Positions 18,735 to 29,105 are shown, counted from the stretch's first letter. The stretch is 64,000 bases of DNA from an uncultured delta proteobacterium (GCA_963769935.1 CAVYNY010000032.1:192001-256000), one strand, 5' to 3'. The notes: generated by a model not told the origin, from the sequence alone. Program-made: numbers and translations.

Positions 18735-19565
18735 TCAACCTGGGGCTTCATATCCCAATTGCTTCAGAAAATCGCCCAGCAGCCTGTTCAGCGTAATTTT
18801 ATCGGCATCCTGCATTTCCGTTTGCCATTTGAAATTGCGATTATTGATGCCGGTCGTGATCTTTTGCAGCCAATCCTCCTGCCAGACCAGATCGCATTTC
18901 ACACCGACCTGCTTAAATGTCTGCGCCGGCCGGGCAGCGAAATCTTCGTACCGCACTGCCAGGTACTGTTCACACGGCAGTTTTGCGGCCGATTGCAATA
19001 TCGCTTCCACCGTCATTTTCCACTGCAAGGCGCTTGCATCGATGAGCGGAAGCTTCAAAAGGTCCTGCCAACCGGCTGGTTTGACGCTCCAATAAGCTCC
19101 GGAATGCTCCAGCCGGGAGCGCATGATGGAATAGGCGGCCGCCCTGCCGTCTCTGATTATATGGATGAATATGGCGTCCGGGAAAATCTCTTTCAGGAAT
19201 TCAATCCGGACCGAGTTTCCGGGGCACTTGTTAACAAAGCGCGGCTTGTTGAAAATCCGCAGATTGTTCTGCAGAACCGTGTGGAGGTATGTACGCGCGG
19301 CGGCCGTGACATCGTCCCGGCCCAGGGACTCGTCATCCTGGCCTGCGAATTTCTGCCAGACGTTGTTGGCTTCCGTCGGACGATGATCGCTGCGAAACAG
19401 CATTATGATGCGGGTCAGCCAAAGCGAAGACGGAACTTTTTTGGTAATATTTGAAATCCAGGCTAAATCGGGATGTTTGGCAAATGTGCGGAAGAAAATG
19501 TTGGTGCCGCTGCGCGGTGCGCCGACAATGAATATTGGACGAACGACTTGCTCACGCATCGTCAT
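18735..19565 (-). CDS. PAPS-dependent sulfotransferase
   Basis: 5'-PSB motif PIFIVGAPRSGT, KCP, 3'-PB motif HIIRDGRAAAYS, VRYEDF. Confidence 0.9.
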   Translation of the reverse strand: MTMREQVVRPIFIVGAPRSGTNIFFRTFAKHPDLAWISNITKKVPSSLWLTRIIMLFRSDHRPTEANNVWQKFAGQDDESLGRDDVTAAARTYLHTVLQNNLRIFNKPRFVNKCPGNSVRIEFLKEIFPDAIFIHIIRDGRAAAYSIMRSRLEHSGAYWSVKPAGWQDLLKLPLIDASALQWKMTVEAILQSAAKLPCEQYLAVRYEDFAARPAQTFKQVGVKCDLVWQEDWLQKITTGINNRNFKWQTEMQDADKITLNRLLGDFLKQLGYEAPG

Positions 19566-19677
19566 GCACCTCGATCTTCGGTTTTCGCCGGTGTAGCCGT
19601 CCTATTGTCATATCCTCTATTTATAGTTTACAAAATTCAGATTGAACTAATAATGCTTTCTTTTCCATGATTTCGCA

Positions 19678-19875
19678 TAAATTCCAAATCTCAAATTCCA
19701 AATTACAAATAAATCTCAAATCACAAAACTCAAATTCAAAACATACCATAGACGGCATTGAATCAAATCGATTCGGCTGTCTCTGATGAGCTTCGCTCGG
19801 CCAGAGTTCCGACCGAACAAACCACCTTGCGGCAATTCAAGACCTGTTTGGGTCATTGGAGCTTGGAATTCGGAG
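19678..19875. repeat. Inverted 7-bp-array element (CAAATYY arm ... TTGGARY arm)
   Basis: aaattccaaatctcaaattccaaattacaaataaatctcaaatcacaaaactcaaattcaaa ... tgtttgggtcattggagcttggaattcgg. Confidence 0.75.
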
Positions 19876-19980
19876 TTTTATGACATTTTTCGCAGATCTT
19901 TGCAAGAGATGCGTACCGGCCCGGCATCGGTTTAATAGTCCTTGCCTGCTAGGTAAGATTTTGTTAATTTTGAGATAACT

Positions 19981-20143
19981 TTTAGATTCTTAATTGTGAT
20001 TTCTTCGTATTTTATGCAAAAATATTTTTATCACGAAAACACGAAATCTTGAAAACACGAAATTTATCTTCTTTACTTTTCGTGTTTTCGTCCCTTCGAG
20101 CTTTCGTGATTAATTTCTTTTTTGGTTCCGGCTTGTCCGGGTT
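19981..20143 (-). repeat. Dispersed MITE-like element, copy 2 (partner 560-752)
   Basis: Ends ttggttccggcttgtccgggtt; CACGAAA/TTTCGTG arrays. Confidence 0.85.
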
Positions 20144-20185
20144 GGGGTTCAGAGGATAAAAAAAGAGAATTTACCAGGCGGACAA

Positions 20186-21706
20186 GTGGATAAGGCATCG
20201 AACAAAACCTGTTTAAAGAGCGATCTGGCCCAGGAACTCGCCGATTTTAGAATTACGGCCAGCCCTTTGAATTTGGGGTTTAATTTTGAAGATCTGCTGT
20301 CCGCAGTGAACGACTGCAGGATTGTCAAAGTAAACAACCGGCGTCAGGTGTATCATCTTCAGACCGCCGCCGGCGGCTACTTTCTCAAGCACAGCTCGCT
20401 GGTCAGAAGGAAAGATCGTTTACGTCATTTTCTTCTGCCGCGTCGGCGCTGGGCCGAATGGCGCAATCTCCACCGCTTGCGGCATGCCCAAATACCGGCG
20501 GCCAGGCCGGTGGCCCGGGGGCGGTCGAAAAATTGGCCGAGCCAAGCCTTTTTCGTATTGACCGAAGAGGTGCCGGGGACCCATATGGCATTCAACTCCC
20601 CCCAGGATGCGCGAAGCCTCGGCCGGTATGCGGCATTATTGCATCGGCGCAGAGTTTATCAAGCTGATTTTAATCGGAAAAATTTCATCTTGACCCCCAC
20701 CGGCACGCTTAGCCTTCTGGATGCTCAGGAGGTTTATTTTCTGCCCTGGATGCCGCACCGGCTGAGGATCAACAATATCGGGCGGATAATTTTTAACCTC
20801 TGCTCCCTGGATGATCCTGAAGCGTGGGTGGTAGAATTTTTAGAGGGGTACAACAGGGACCTTTCGAAAAAGGTGACGGTTTCGGAAGTGATCGAAGCGG
20901 CCCGGCGCCATCAACATCGTCGCTACCGTTCGCGGTCAAAACGCAGTTGTAAAGACAGCACCGAGTTCGAAATTTTAAAAAACCGACATCTGCGCGGTTA
21001 TAAGCGCAGAGATTTTAAGTGGGGCGCCCATGAATTACAGCAGGCCGAAGAAAAAGGAAAATCCCTCAAAGGAACCCATGTTATTTGTTATCAGGGAGTA
21101 TGCCTGAAAAAACACCGCCGAAAACTTTTTCACCAAAATCGCTGCCTGGCCAGCTGGAAAATGTCGCGCGCCCTTGAGGTGCGGGGTATTCCCGTACCCC
21201 GCCCGCTGGGCTATTTTGAAAGGGAAAGTCAACGCTACTATTTGGCGGAACTGCTGGATGAGAGGCTCCACCTGAATGCCTATTTGTCGGCGATTCACGA
21301 TAAAAAAGTTAAACGGCAAGCGCTTAAAAAGCTTGCTTTGTGGCTGAGAACGTTCCATGACACCGATGTGTGGCAGCGAGATTTTAAATCCAGCAACATT
21401 TTGTGCCGGGATTCGGATTATTTTATGGTTGATCTGGACGGAGTCAGAATCCGGCGCCTGAGTGAACAAAATAAAATCTACAATCTGGCCCAGCTCAATG
21501 CTTCCATTGGCAACGCAATCTCCATCAAAGACCGGCTGCGCTTTTACCACTATTATTCAGCAGATTTTCAACCGTCCCGGCAGCAGCGGCGAGCGGTTTA
21601 TCGCAAAGTGTGGGATATTACCAAAACCAAGAATACTAAAATATACGACCTGGATTTTGCTGAACTGATAGAAACTCAGATCAAGGCGGGACCGCACAAA
21701 AAATAA
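20186..21706 (+). CDS. LPS kinase (Kdo/WaaP/InaA family) with two tandem kinase-like domains
   Basis: Domain 1: YFLK, EWRNL, YQADFNRKN, LLDA. Domain 2: CLKK, VPRP, WQRDFKSSN, MVDLD, NLAQLNAS, DRLRF. Confidence 0.8.
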   Translation: MDKASNKTCLKSDLAQELADFRITASPLNLGFNFEDLLSAVNDCRIVKVNNRRQVYHLQTAAGGYFLKHSSLVRRKDRLRHFLLPRRRWAEWRNLHRLRHAQIPAARPVARGRSKNWPSQAFFVLTEEVPGTHMAFNSPQDARSLGRYAALLHRRRVYQADFNRKNFILTPTGTLSLLDAQEVYFLPWMPHRLRINNIGRIIFNLCSLDDPEAWVVEFLEGYNRDLSKKVTVSEVIEAARRHQHRRYRSRSKRSCKDSTEFEILKNRHLRGYKRRDFKWGAHELQQAEEKGKSLKGTHVICYQGVCLKKHRRKLFHQNRCLASWKMSRALEVRGIPVPRPLGYFERESQRYYLAELLDERLHLNAYLSAIHDKKVKRQALKKLALWLRTFHDTDVWQRDFKSSNILCRDSDYFMVDLDGVRIRRLSEQNKIYNLAQLNASIGNAISIKDRLRFYHYYSADFQPSRQQRRAVYRKVWDITKTKNTKIYDLDFAELIETQIKAGPHKK

Positions 21707-21711
21707 AGAAT

Positions 21712-22710
21712 ATGAAATCGGTTAGCATTATCATTCCCAACTGGAACGGGGCCGATCTGCTGCACGCCTACCTGCCGTCCGTATTGGAGGCGCAAGCCAA
21801 ATATCGCGGAAAGGTTGAGGTCATCGTGGTCGATGATGCCAGTACGGACGCCTCCGTTAAATTGCTGCAGGAAGAATTCCCGGGCATCAAGGCCATTGTC
21901 CACCAGCATAACCGGGGATTCGGCCAGGCGTGTTGGTCCGGAGCCCAGGCTGCTCGGCATCCGATTTTAATCTTTCTAAATTCGGATGTCAAAGTAGCCC
22001 CGGATTTTGTCACTCCCCTCGTGGATTGTTTGCAAGACGCGACGGCTTTTGCTGCATCGCCGCTCGTTTTTGACGACAAAGGCAACCTCAGCAATGTGAC
22101 CATCAGCATTCCTTATTTTCGGCGGGGCAAGATTCGATATAAATCTTTTCCACCCCGGCAACTGCTGCATAATGTCTCGACCCTGCCGAATCCCTGGTAT
22201 ACTTTATTTCCCATCGGGGCCGCCTTTGCTGTTGATCGGGCTCGTTTTTTAGAGTTGCAGGGTTTTGATGATTTGTTCAGCCCGTTTTATTACGAAGATA
22301 CGGATCTTGGATTTCGTGCCTGGCGACGCGGCTGGAAATGCATCGTGGTGCCTCAAGCCCGGGTAACCCATTACCATGCCGGCACCATAGCGCGTTCGTT
22401 CAAGCGGCTTAGAGTCCGTGCAGTTCGCAAGCGCAACCGGCTTTTCTACCTGTGGAAAAATCTTACAACCGACCGGCTCTTGCGGCAGCATCTTTTATTT
22501 CAACTATTGCGAATTTGCTATCGGCCCTTTTGTTTTGATTGGATGATTCTCGTGGCAACGGTGCTAGCCATTCCAAGATTCGGCCTGGCCATGCGAAGGC
22601 GTCGTGCAGAACAGAATTGTTCCGTCAATTCCGAGGAAAAAATATTTCAGATTATCAGTTCGGCCAACCAGGCGAACCGGCGGGTGATCGAAGAATCGAC
22701 TATGAAATAA
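21712..22710 (+). CDS. GT2 glycosyltransferase
   Basis: SIIIPNWNG, VDDASTD, FLNSD, GFDDLFSPFYYEDTDL. Confidence 0.92.
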   Translation: MKSVSIIIPNWNGADLLHAYLPSVLEAQAKYRGKVEVIVVDDASTDASVKLLQEEFPGIKAIVHQHNRGFGQACWSGAQAARHPILIFLNSDVKVAPDFVTPLVDCLQDATAFAASPLVFDDKGNLSNVTISIPYFRRGKIRYKSFPPRQLLHNVSTLPNPWYTLFPIGAAFAVDRARFLELQGFDDLFSPFYYEDTDLGFRAWRRGWKCIVVPQARVTHYHAGTIARSFKRLRVRAVRKRNRLFYLWKNLTTDRLLRQHLLFQLLRICYRPFCFDWMILVATVLAIPRFGLAMRRRRAEQNCSVNSEEKIFQIISSANQANRRVIEESTMK

Positions 22711-22845
22711 AAAATGAAAAAGTGCGCAGCACACGGTATTTAAGCCGCCGGCGCTGCGATCAAGTGAGTTTCTCCAGTTTTCAAAGAAAAATTTGCAGCC
22801 TTGAATGTGTTATATTTCAGGGCGGATTAATTAAGGGATAAAGGT

Positions 22846-23805
22846 TTGAGAGTATTTATCATAGCCAAATCCAAGCGACACACCCGGATTTATTATTATT
22901 TCAAAAAGGCCTTTCAACGGCAGGGACACCAGGCAAGCTGGATCAAGTATCTGAAACTGAAATCATATCTGGGAGAGCGGGCCGCCACGGCTTTCGTCGA
23001 TAGGCTGATGTTCATATCCAGACCGGACCTGCTGTTTTTTCACGGCCGTGATATCTCCTATGAACTGCTGCTGCGGGCTAAAAAGCGAATGCCGGTTGTG
23101 ATGTACTATGATGATTGCATAAAAGGCTCAAGCCGCAGTTTTGAAGAAGTCATAAAGCAGGGGCGGCAAGCCGATATCATGTACCTGACGAACCGGGGAG
23201 AAGTCGCACAGTACCGGCAACGGGGCGTCAATGCCCGGTTTATTACCGGCGGCTGCGATCCGGCGGCGCATCGAATGATCGACTGCCCGGATAAATCCTA
23301 TCAAAGCGAGGTGGCATTCATCGGAAGACCCAACACCCCTGAACGCGTAGAGTGCATGCAGGCGGTGGCCAAAAAATTTGATTTAAAGCTGTGGGGGGCG
23401 GGCTGGGAAAAATATGGACTGAGCGCCGCGGCCCCGGATGTTTACGCAGCGGAATATCGGAAAATTTGTGCCGGGGCCAAGATCGTGCTCGGCTGGAATA
23501 TTGACGCCGCCGTAGAGCTTTATTTTTCAAACAGGACTTGGTACACTCTGGGGTGCGGCGGTTTTCTGTTGACCGCCTATTGTCCGTGCCTTGAGGAGCT
23601 GTTCGGACGGGGCCGAGAGTTGGATTGGTTTGAGAGCCCGGATGAGTGCTGTACCAAGATCGCTTACTATCTGGCACATGATGACGAACGGCAAAAAATT
23701 GCGGCGGCGGGTTATCGGTTGGCGCATAGCGAATATAGTTATGATAAGATGGTGGAGCGGATTGTTGGAGAGGTGCAGGAAGAGGGGCTGATGCATAAGG
23801 CATAA
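22846..23805 (+). CDS. CgeB-like glycosyltransferase (Glyco_trans_1_2)
   Basis: EVAFIG, YFSNRTWYTLGCGGFLLT, RQKIAAAG; TTG start. Confidence 0.8.
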   Translation: MRVFIIAKSKRHTRIYYYFKKAFQRQGHQASWIKYLKLKSYLGERAATAFVDRLMFISRPDLLFFHGRDISYELLLRAKKRMPVVMYYDDCIKGSSRSFEEVIKQGRQADIMYLTNRGEVAQYRQRGVNARFITGGCDPAAHRMIDCPDKSYQSEVAFIGRPNTPERVECMQAVAKKFDLKLWGAGWEKYGLSAAAPDVYAAEYRKICAGAKIVLGWNIDAAVELYFSNRTWYTLGCGGFLLTAYCPCLEELFGRGRELDWFESPDECCTKIAYYLAHDDERQKIAAAGYRLAHSEYSYDKMVERIVGEVQEEGLMHKA

Positions 23806-24120
23806 GGCGCACGACTGACGGTGCAGGGAATCGATGTCGGAGGTTGGAGGCGGGGCCTTCGGTCGGGAGAGGTTAGAGGTTGGAGGCAAAAGGTGGGCGC
23901 TGGCGCGCCAGTTCATAGCTCATAGCTGATAGGTTAGAGGATAAAGGCTAAAGGCTAAAGGTTAGAGGAAAAAGGCGCACGACTGACGGTGCAGGGAATC
24001 GATGTCGGAGGTTGGAGGATAGAGATAGGCGGCACCATCTCGATATCCCCGTTTCTCCGTTTCCCCGTTTTCCAGCCTTCAAGCCTCCCAGCTTCTGTCC
24101 TCTGACACCTGAAACCTATA
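23792..24120 (+). repeat. Composite modular element, copy II (contains an exact 47-bp direct repeat)
   Basis: aaggcgcacgactgacggtgcagggaatcgatgtcggaggttggagg at 23804-23850 and 23972-24018. Confidence 0.9.
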
Positions 24121-24164
24121 ACTGCTGCAGCATCGAGCGCCAGCAACTTCAAGATAGAATCCGA

Positions 24165-24217
24165 TAACTATCATCCAGTAATCAGTGTCCAGAATCGAGT
24201 ATCCAGAAACCAGCAAT
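24165..24217. repeat. 7-bp tandem array (ATCCAGW-like)
   Basis: atccagtaatcagtgtccagaatcgagtatccagaaaccagcaa. Confidence 0.65.
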
Positions 24218-24224
24218 CGGTAAA

Positions 24225-25328
24225 ATGAAAATCCTGCACATCAACACCGAGCGCACCTGGCGGGGCGGGGAGCAGCAGACCTTGTATCTGCTGGAAGGCC
24301 TCAAGGCCCGCGCCATAGCCTGCCACCTGGTCTGCCAAGCCGGATCGCCGCTGCAGGAAAGGGCCGACGAAGCCGGTATCGATGTGTTTCCGGTTGTGAT
24401 GCGCGGGGAGGCTGATTTGTTTGCCGGCATGCGCATCCGCCGGCTGATCAAAAAATATAGCTATTCTATCATTCATTCCCACACCTCGCATGCCCATACG
24501 ATTGCCTATCTGGCCTCGGTCGGCACCGCAGTCCGGCGCCTGGTCACCCGGCGGGTGGATTTTTCCATTTTTCGCAGCAGTTTTCTGCACTTGAGCGGTT
24601 TCAAGTACCGCTTTATGGCCGATGACTACATCGCAATCTCCAACAGGATCAAGGCGGTGCTGGTCAATGACGGCATTTCGGATCGGCGTATTTTTGTGGT
24701 GCACAGCGGCGTCGATCCGGAAAGATTCCGGCAGGCAAGCGGCGACCATCTGCGGTCTGAATTCGATATCAAAGACCACGAGAAGATCGTCATCAATGTT
24801 GCGCACCTGGCGGGTCATAAGGGTCAAAAGTATCTCATACGGGCGATTCCGTATGTTCTGACGAAAATGCCCAATACCCGGTTTTTCATTGTCGGACGGG
24901 GCGAGTTGATGGAAGAGCTGCAAGCGCTGGCTTCCTCCCTGGGGCTGAAAGGGCAACTCGTATTCACCGGCTTTCGCGGCGATGTGGGGGACTTTTATAA
25001 AATCGCCGATCTATACGTGATGAGCAGTGTTGAAGAAGGCCTTGGCACCGCGGTTCTGGATGCCATGGCTGCCGGCAAACCCGTCGTGGCAACCACGGCG
25101 GGAGGCCTGCCGGAAATCGTGTGTGACGGAAAAACCGGCCGGCTGGTTGCGCCGGCCGATCCGGCGGCGCTGGCCGAGGGAATGCTCGATTTGTTGACCC
25201 GCCCCGAGCTGGCCGACGCGATGGCCGCCGAGGCCCGGGCCAAAGTGCGGCAATGTTTTTCCATTCAGGCCATGGTTGATAAAAACATCGAAGTATATAG
25301 AAAAATCCTGGCAACAGATGATGATTGA
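24225..25328 (+). CDS. GT4 glycosyltransferase
   Basis: TWRGGEQQ, TRRVDF, HKGQ, EEGLGTAVLDAMAAG. Confidence 0.92.
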   Translation: MKILHINTERTWRGGEQQTLYLLEGLKARAIACHLVCQAGSPLQERADEAGIDVFPVVMRGEADLFAGMRIRRLIKKYSYSIIHSHTSHAHTIAYLASVGTAVRRLVTRRVDFSIFRSSFLHLSGFKYRFMADDYIAISNRIKAVLVNDGISDRRIFVVHSGVDPERFRQASGDHLRSEFDIKDHEKIVINVAHLAGHKGQKYLIRAIPYVLTKMPNTRFFIVGRGELMEELQALASSLGLKGQLVFTGFRGDVGDFYKIADLYVMSSVEEGLGTAVLDAMAAGKPVVATTAGGLPEIVCDGKTGRLVAPADPAALAEGMLDLLTRPELADAMAAEARAKVRQCFSIQAMVDKNIEVYRKILATDDD

Positions 25329-26091
25329 CTCCGTAAAAATTTCAGCAGTTGTCATTACCCTTAACGAAGAAAAAAACATCGGCCGCTGTCTTGACTCCGT
25401 CAGGCAGGTTGCAGATGAAATCGTCGTGGTGGACTCTTATTCAACGGATCAAACCCGGGATATTTGCAGCGGCAGGGGCGTGCATTTTATGCAGCACGCT
25501 TTCGAGGGGCATATCGAGCAGAAGAACTACGCCGCTTCCTGCGCCGGTCATGATCGGGTTTTATCGCTGGACGCCGATGAGGCCCTGTCGGAAGAATTGG
25601 TGCAATCCATTTTATCTGTGAAACATAATTGGCAGCACGATGGATATTCCTGCAACCGGTTGACGAACTATTGCGGCCAGTGGATTCGACACAGCGGCTG
25701 GTATCCGGATACCAAGCTGCGGTTGTGGGACCGACGAAAGGGGCAATGGGGCGGGATTAATCCCCATGATAGGATCCTGATGGACGGCGGCAGCCGCGTG
25801 GCCCACCTTGACGGCGACTTGTATCATTATTCCTATCCCACCATCCGGGATCATATCGAGACGATCAACAACTTTTCTGAAATTGCTGCACGGGCAGCCC
25901 ACACTGACGGCAGACATGCCAACCTGGTGCTGGATATTGTCCTGAACCCGCTGCTGACCTTTTTCAAGAAATATTTTTTGAAATTGGGAATTTTGGACGG
26001 GTATCCGGGATTTGTGATTGCGGTCCACACGGCCTACGGCAAATTTCTCAAATACAGCAAATTGAGGGAATTAAATAAAAAAAACGGATAA
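25318..26091 (+). CDS. GT2 beta-1,4-glucosyltransferase-like (WaaE/KdtX/LgtF type)
   Basis: ITLNEEKNI, VDSYSTD, LSLDADE, GWYPD, GILDG. Confidence 0.88.
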   Translation: MMIDSVKISAVVITLNEEKNIGRCLDSVRQVADEIVVVDSYSTDQTRDICSGRGVHFMQHAFEGHIEQKNYAASCAGHDRVLSLDADEALSEELVQSILSVKHNWQHDGYSCNRLTNYCGQWIRHSGWYPDTKLRLWDRRKGQWGGINPHDRILMDGGSRVAHLDGDLYHYSYPTIRDHIETINNFSEIAARAAHTDGRHANLVLDIVLNPLLTFFKKYFLKLGILDGYPGFVIAVHTAYGKFLKYSKLRELNKKNG

Positions 26092-26097
26092 TCGTAT

Positions 26098-27387
26098 TTA
26101 GCCACTTTTCTCAAACAGGACCGATTCAATAAAACGGCAGGCTTGAGCTGTACCGCCGCGGCGGGCTGTGATAAAGCGCAGCGCTGCGGCGATTATTCTA
26201 TCGCGGGACGGTGCGCTGTCTAAATCCTTTAAAATGAGAGCGGCAACCTCCTGCCAATCGCCGGCAATCCTGAGCAAACCGGAATCAATGATCTCCCGGC
26301 CGACCCAGGCAAAATTTTCCCACGATGGGCCGCTGACCGGAATGATCCCGCTCACCAGCGCTTCTAAAAAATTCTGGCCGCCAAGCGGCGCCAGGCTGCC
26401 GCCCACGAAGGCGGATTGTGCCAGGCGGTAGGCCGACATCAGCTCCCCGAAGCTGTCCCAAATAATAACATTGCCGGCCGGTACCGGTTGGGAAGCTGTT
26501 GATCGCAAAGACCATTTGACTTGCATGTGAGTTAACGCATCCTGCCAGAATTCTATACGTTGGATGTGGCGCGGGAATAAGCCGATGACCGTCTTCGGCC
26601 GCCGGTCCAAAACTTCATGAATGATTTTTTTGACCTGTGATTCTTCCTCACGTCTGACCGAGGCCAGAACGACAAATGCGACGCCGGCCGGCACCATCGC
26701 CTTAATTTCTTTTTCATTAGCTTCGTTTGCATTCGGCGGAGTGATTCGATCATATTTTATGTTGGCCATAACCTCAATCCCGTTCGGTCCGAAGAGTTGT
26801 CTGAACCGTTCGGCATCACCTGCCGATATTGCCAGAATTTTATCCGGCCGAAGGGCCTGCCAGATTGACGGCCAGAGAAGATATCTTTGAAGGCTCCGGG
26901 GGGTGATCCGGCCGTTGATGATCGCTATCTGACAGCCCTGCGTCTTTAGGGCGCGCAATAGGCCGGGCCAGATTTCCGTTTCCATGAGCACCATCAGCTT
27001 GGGCCTGATGCCGGCCACCGCCGTTGCCATAATTGCCGGTTGATCGAAAGGAAAGAAGCGCACGTCGGCCTGAATCCGCTTTTTGTTTTTGATCAGCCTG
27101 AGGCATCCGTCGGTGAGGATTTCAATACCCTGGCGGGTGTTGGAAGTCAGCAAAACACGAAGGGGGAATTTCGTTTCGAGAGTTCTTATCACCTCCTGAG
27201 CCAAATAGGATTCCCCGACCGAAGCCGCCTGGATCCAGAGATCGGCCGTTTGCGGTGGACGGCCTCGCAATGTGCGCTCCTGATAACCTGCGGCGAGACG
27301 ATGATGGAACCTGAGCCACGGCAGGGCGATACGCCAAGCCAGGTTGTAAACCCCGAAGGCGGTTTTTGGGATGAGGTTTGTCGGCAT
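26098..27387 (-). CDS. waaA: 3-deoxy-D-manno-octulosonic acid transferase
   Basis: WIQAASVGE, PFD, ETEIWP, NGRI, FVGGSLAPLGGQNFLE. Confidence 0.92.
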   Translation of the reverse strand: MPTNLIPKTAFGVYNLAWRIALPWLRFHHRLAAGYQERTLRGRPPQTADLWIQAASVGESYLAQEVIRTLETKFPLRVLLTSNTRQGIEILTDGCLRLIKNKKRIQADVRFFPFDQPAIMATAVAGIRPKLMVLMETEIWPGLLRALKTQGCQIAIINGRITPRSLQRYLLWPSIWQALRPDKILAISAGDAERFRQLFGPNGIEVMANIKYDRITPPNANEANEKEIKAMVPAGVAFVVLASVRREEESQVKKIIHEVLDRRPKTVIGLFPRHIQRIEFWQDALTHMQVKWSLRSTASQPVPAGNVIIWDSFGELMSAYRLAQSAFVGGSLAPLGGQNFLEALVSGIIPVSGPSWENFAWVGREIIDSGLLRIAGDWQEVAALILKDLDSAPSRDRIIAAALRFITARRGGTAQACRFIESVLFEKSG

Positions 27388-27567
27388 GATCAATTTTCAA
27401 CTCAGTAAATTCTAAACCTTTTGCATTAAAAGTTTTTATATGACAATAAAATGCCAAATCTCAAGCACCAAATTATTTGCCCTGTTAATAATTCGCCAAA
27501 TGGCGTGACCGTCTTCGGCAGGAAGATTGCATTGTCCATCGCTGACAGCCGAGATTGTTTATATTTT

Positions 27568-27587
27568 GTGGGCAATGCCCACCCTAC
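27568..27587 (-). repeat. Single GTAG-type REP palindrome
   Basis: Reverse complement GTAGGGTGGGCATTGCCCAC: GTAG followed by a perfect hairpin. Confidence 0.6.
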
Positions 27588-27695
27588 GATACAAAATTTT
27601 TGCAACGTTCGCATTTGAAACCAGGTAAATTTGACAGTCGGACGTTAGTCTGCTACTCGTAAGGCCATTTTTTCGTTATTTCAGCCGGCTAAGCA

Positions 27696-28619
27696 ATGCG
27701 TACTAAAGATCAAAATCGACAAATACAGCGTGCCCTGCTGCTGGGTCGAATTCTCGGCTCGGCGGCATACGTGATGGATACATCGCACCGGCGCATCGTC
27801 CGCCGAAATTTACGATTTGCATTTCCGGACTGGACCGGGGAACAGATCCGGCAGACAACCCGGCATGTTTTTCATCATCTGGGCGCCACCTTTGTGGAGG
27901 TTTGTCAGCTGGCGGTCGCGTCAAGGGACGATCTGACGGCGCGGGTTAAGGTTGTCGGCGCGGAGCGCTGGCAGCAGGCCCTCGCCGGCGACCGGGGGCT
28001 GATAATTGTGTCGGCCCACCTGGGAAACTGGGAAGTCGGGATGCAATACGCGGCGTGCTTCATGCAAAAACCCGCCCTTGGGATTGCCAAAAGAATCCGG
28101 TTTCAGCCCCTTAATCAATGGGTCCATAAACTGCGAACACGATTCGGCAATAAAATTATTTATAAAAAAGGCGCCTTGCCGGATATGCGCCGGGCCCTTC
28201 GCGGCGGCGGAGTTGTTGCCATGCTGGTTGACCAGAGCAGGCGCCGGGAGGGGGTTGAGGTAAATTTTTTTGGCCACAAAGTACCCACCACACCGGCAGC
28301 CGCATTTCTGGCCATACGATGCAAGAGCCCGGTTTTGCCGATCTTTTGCATCAGGGAAGCCGATGGTCAATTAACCATCCACGTGGATGCGCCCTTAAAT
28401 TTCGAGTGGACCGGCGATCTGCGCGCGGATGTTCAAACCAACACGCAGCTGATAACAGACGCGGTCGAGCGTGCAGTTCGCCAATATCCCGAGCAGTGGT
28501 TCTGGGTTCATAAACGCTGGAAGAAATATTATCCACATTTGTATCCCGAGTACCAGCTGCGGCGACAGCGACGAAAAGCCAGAGAGGAACGGCGGGAGAG
28601 CCGGCGAGCCGGCCCGTAG
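27696..28619 (+). CDS. lpxL: Lipid A lauroyl/late acyltransferase (LpxL/HtrB family)
   Basis: SAHLGNWE, LVDQ, FFG, PEQWFWVHKRWK. Confidence 0.88.
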   Translation: MRTKDQNRQIQRALLLGRILGSAAYVMDTSHRRIVRRNLRFAFPDWTGEQIRQTTRHVFHHLGATFVEVCQLAVASRDDLTARVKVVGAERWQQALAGDRGLIIVSAHLGNWEVGMQYAACFMQKPALGIAKRIRFQPLNQWVHKLRTRFGNKIIYKKGALPDMRRALRGGGVVAMLVDQSRRREGVEVNFFGHKVPTTPAAAFLAIRCKSPVLPIFCIREADGQLTIHVDAPLNFEWTGDLRADVQTNTQLITDAVERAVRQYPEQWFWVHKRWKKYYPHLYPEYQLRRQRRKAREERRESRRAGP

Positions 28620-29090
28620 GTCATAGCTCATAGCTGATAGGTTGGAGGATAAAGGCTAATGGTTAAGGGCTAAAGGTAAAAGGTTAAGGGCTAAAGGAGA
28701 AAGGCGAACGGCTTACGGTGCAGGGAATCGATGATGGAGGTATGAGGTTGGAGGCGGGGCCTTCGGCTGGATGAGGTTTGAGGTTAGAGGTTGGAGGCAG
28801 GAGATACAAGGTGCAGGGAATTGATGGTGGAGGTTGGAGGCAAAAGATACAAGGTGCAGGGCTTACAGGGCCAGCTGATAGTTGATTGGTTTGACTGACG
28901 GATGGGTTCCCTGAATGCTCATGAGCTTTGATGCTCACGAACTTACGAGCTCACGAACTTCAGCAGCTTGCCTACCACGCAGCTTCTCCGCTTCTCCGCT
29001 TCTCTCCCAGCTTCTCCGCTTCTCAGCTTCTCCGCTTCTCAACTTCTCATCTTCTCGGTTTCCCAGCCTCCAACCTCTTACTCCTGACAC
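28620..29090 (+). repeat. Composite modular element, copy III
   Basis: catagctcatagctgatagg, aaaggct array, acggtgcagggaat modules, block 28856-28969 shared with 42360-42472, cttctc 8-bp array. Confidence 0.9.
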
Positions 29091-29105
29091 AGGTTATTTA
29101 AATCT

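Noticed and set aside
19783..19805. CTGATGAG resembling a hammerhead ribozyme core
   Set aside because: The following hairpin is not followed by GAAA and I see no stems I or III. It reads as a simple TTCG hairpin.
23804..24018. Exact 47-bp direct repeat as a CRISPR array
   Set aside because: Only two units, 121 bp apart, separated by other repeat modules, with no cas genes in the window.
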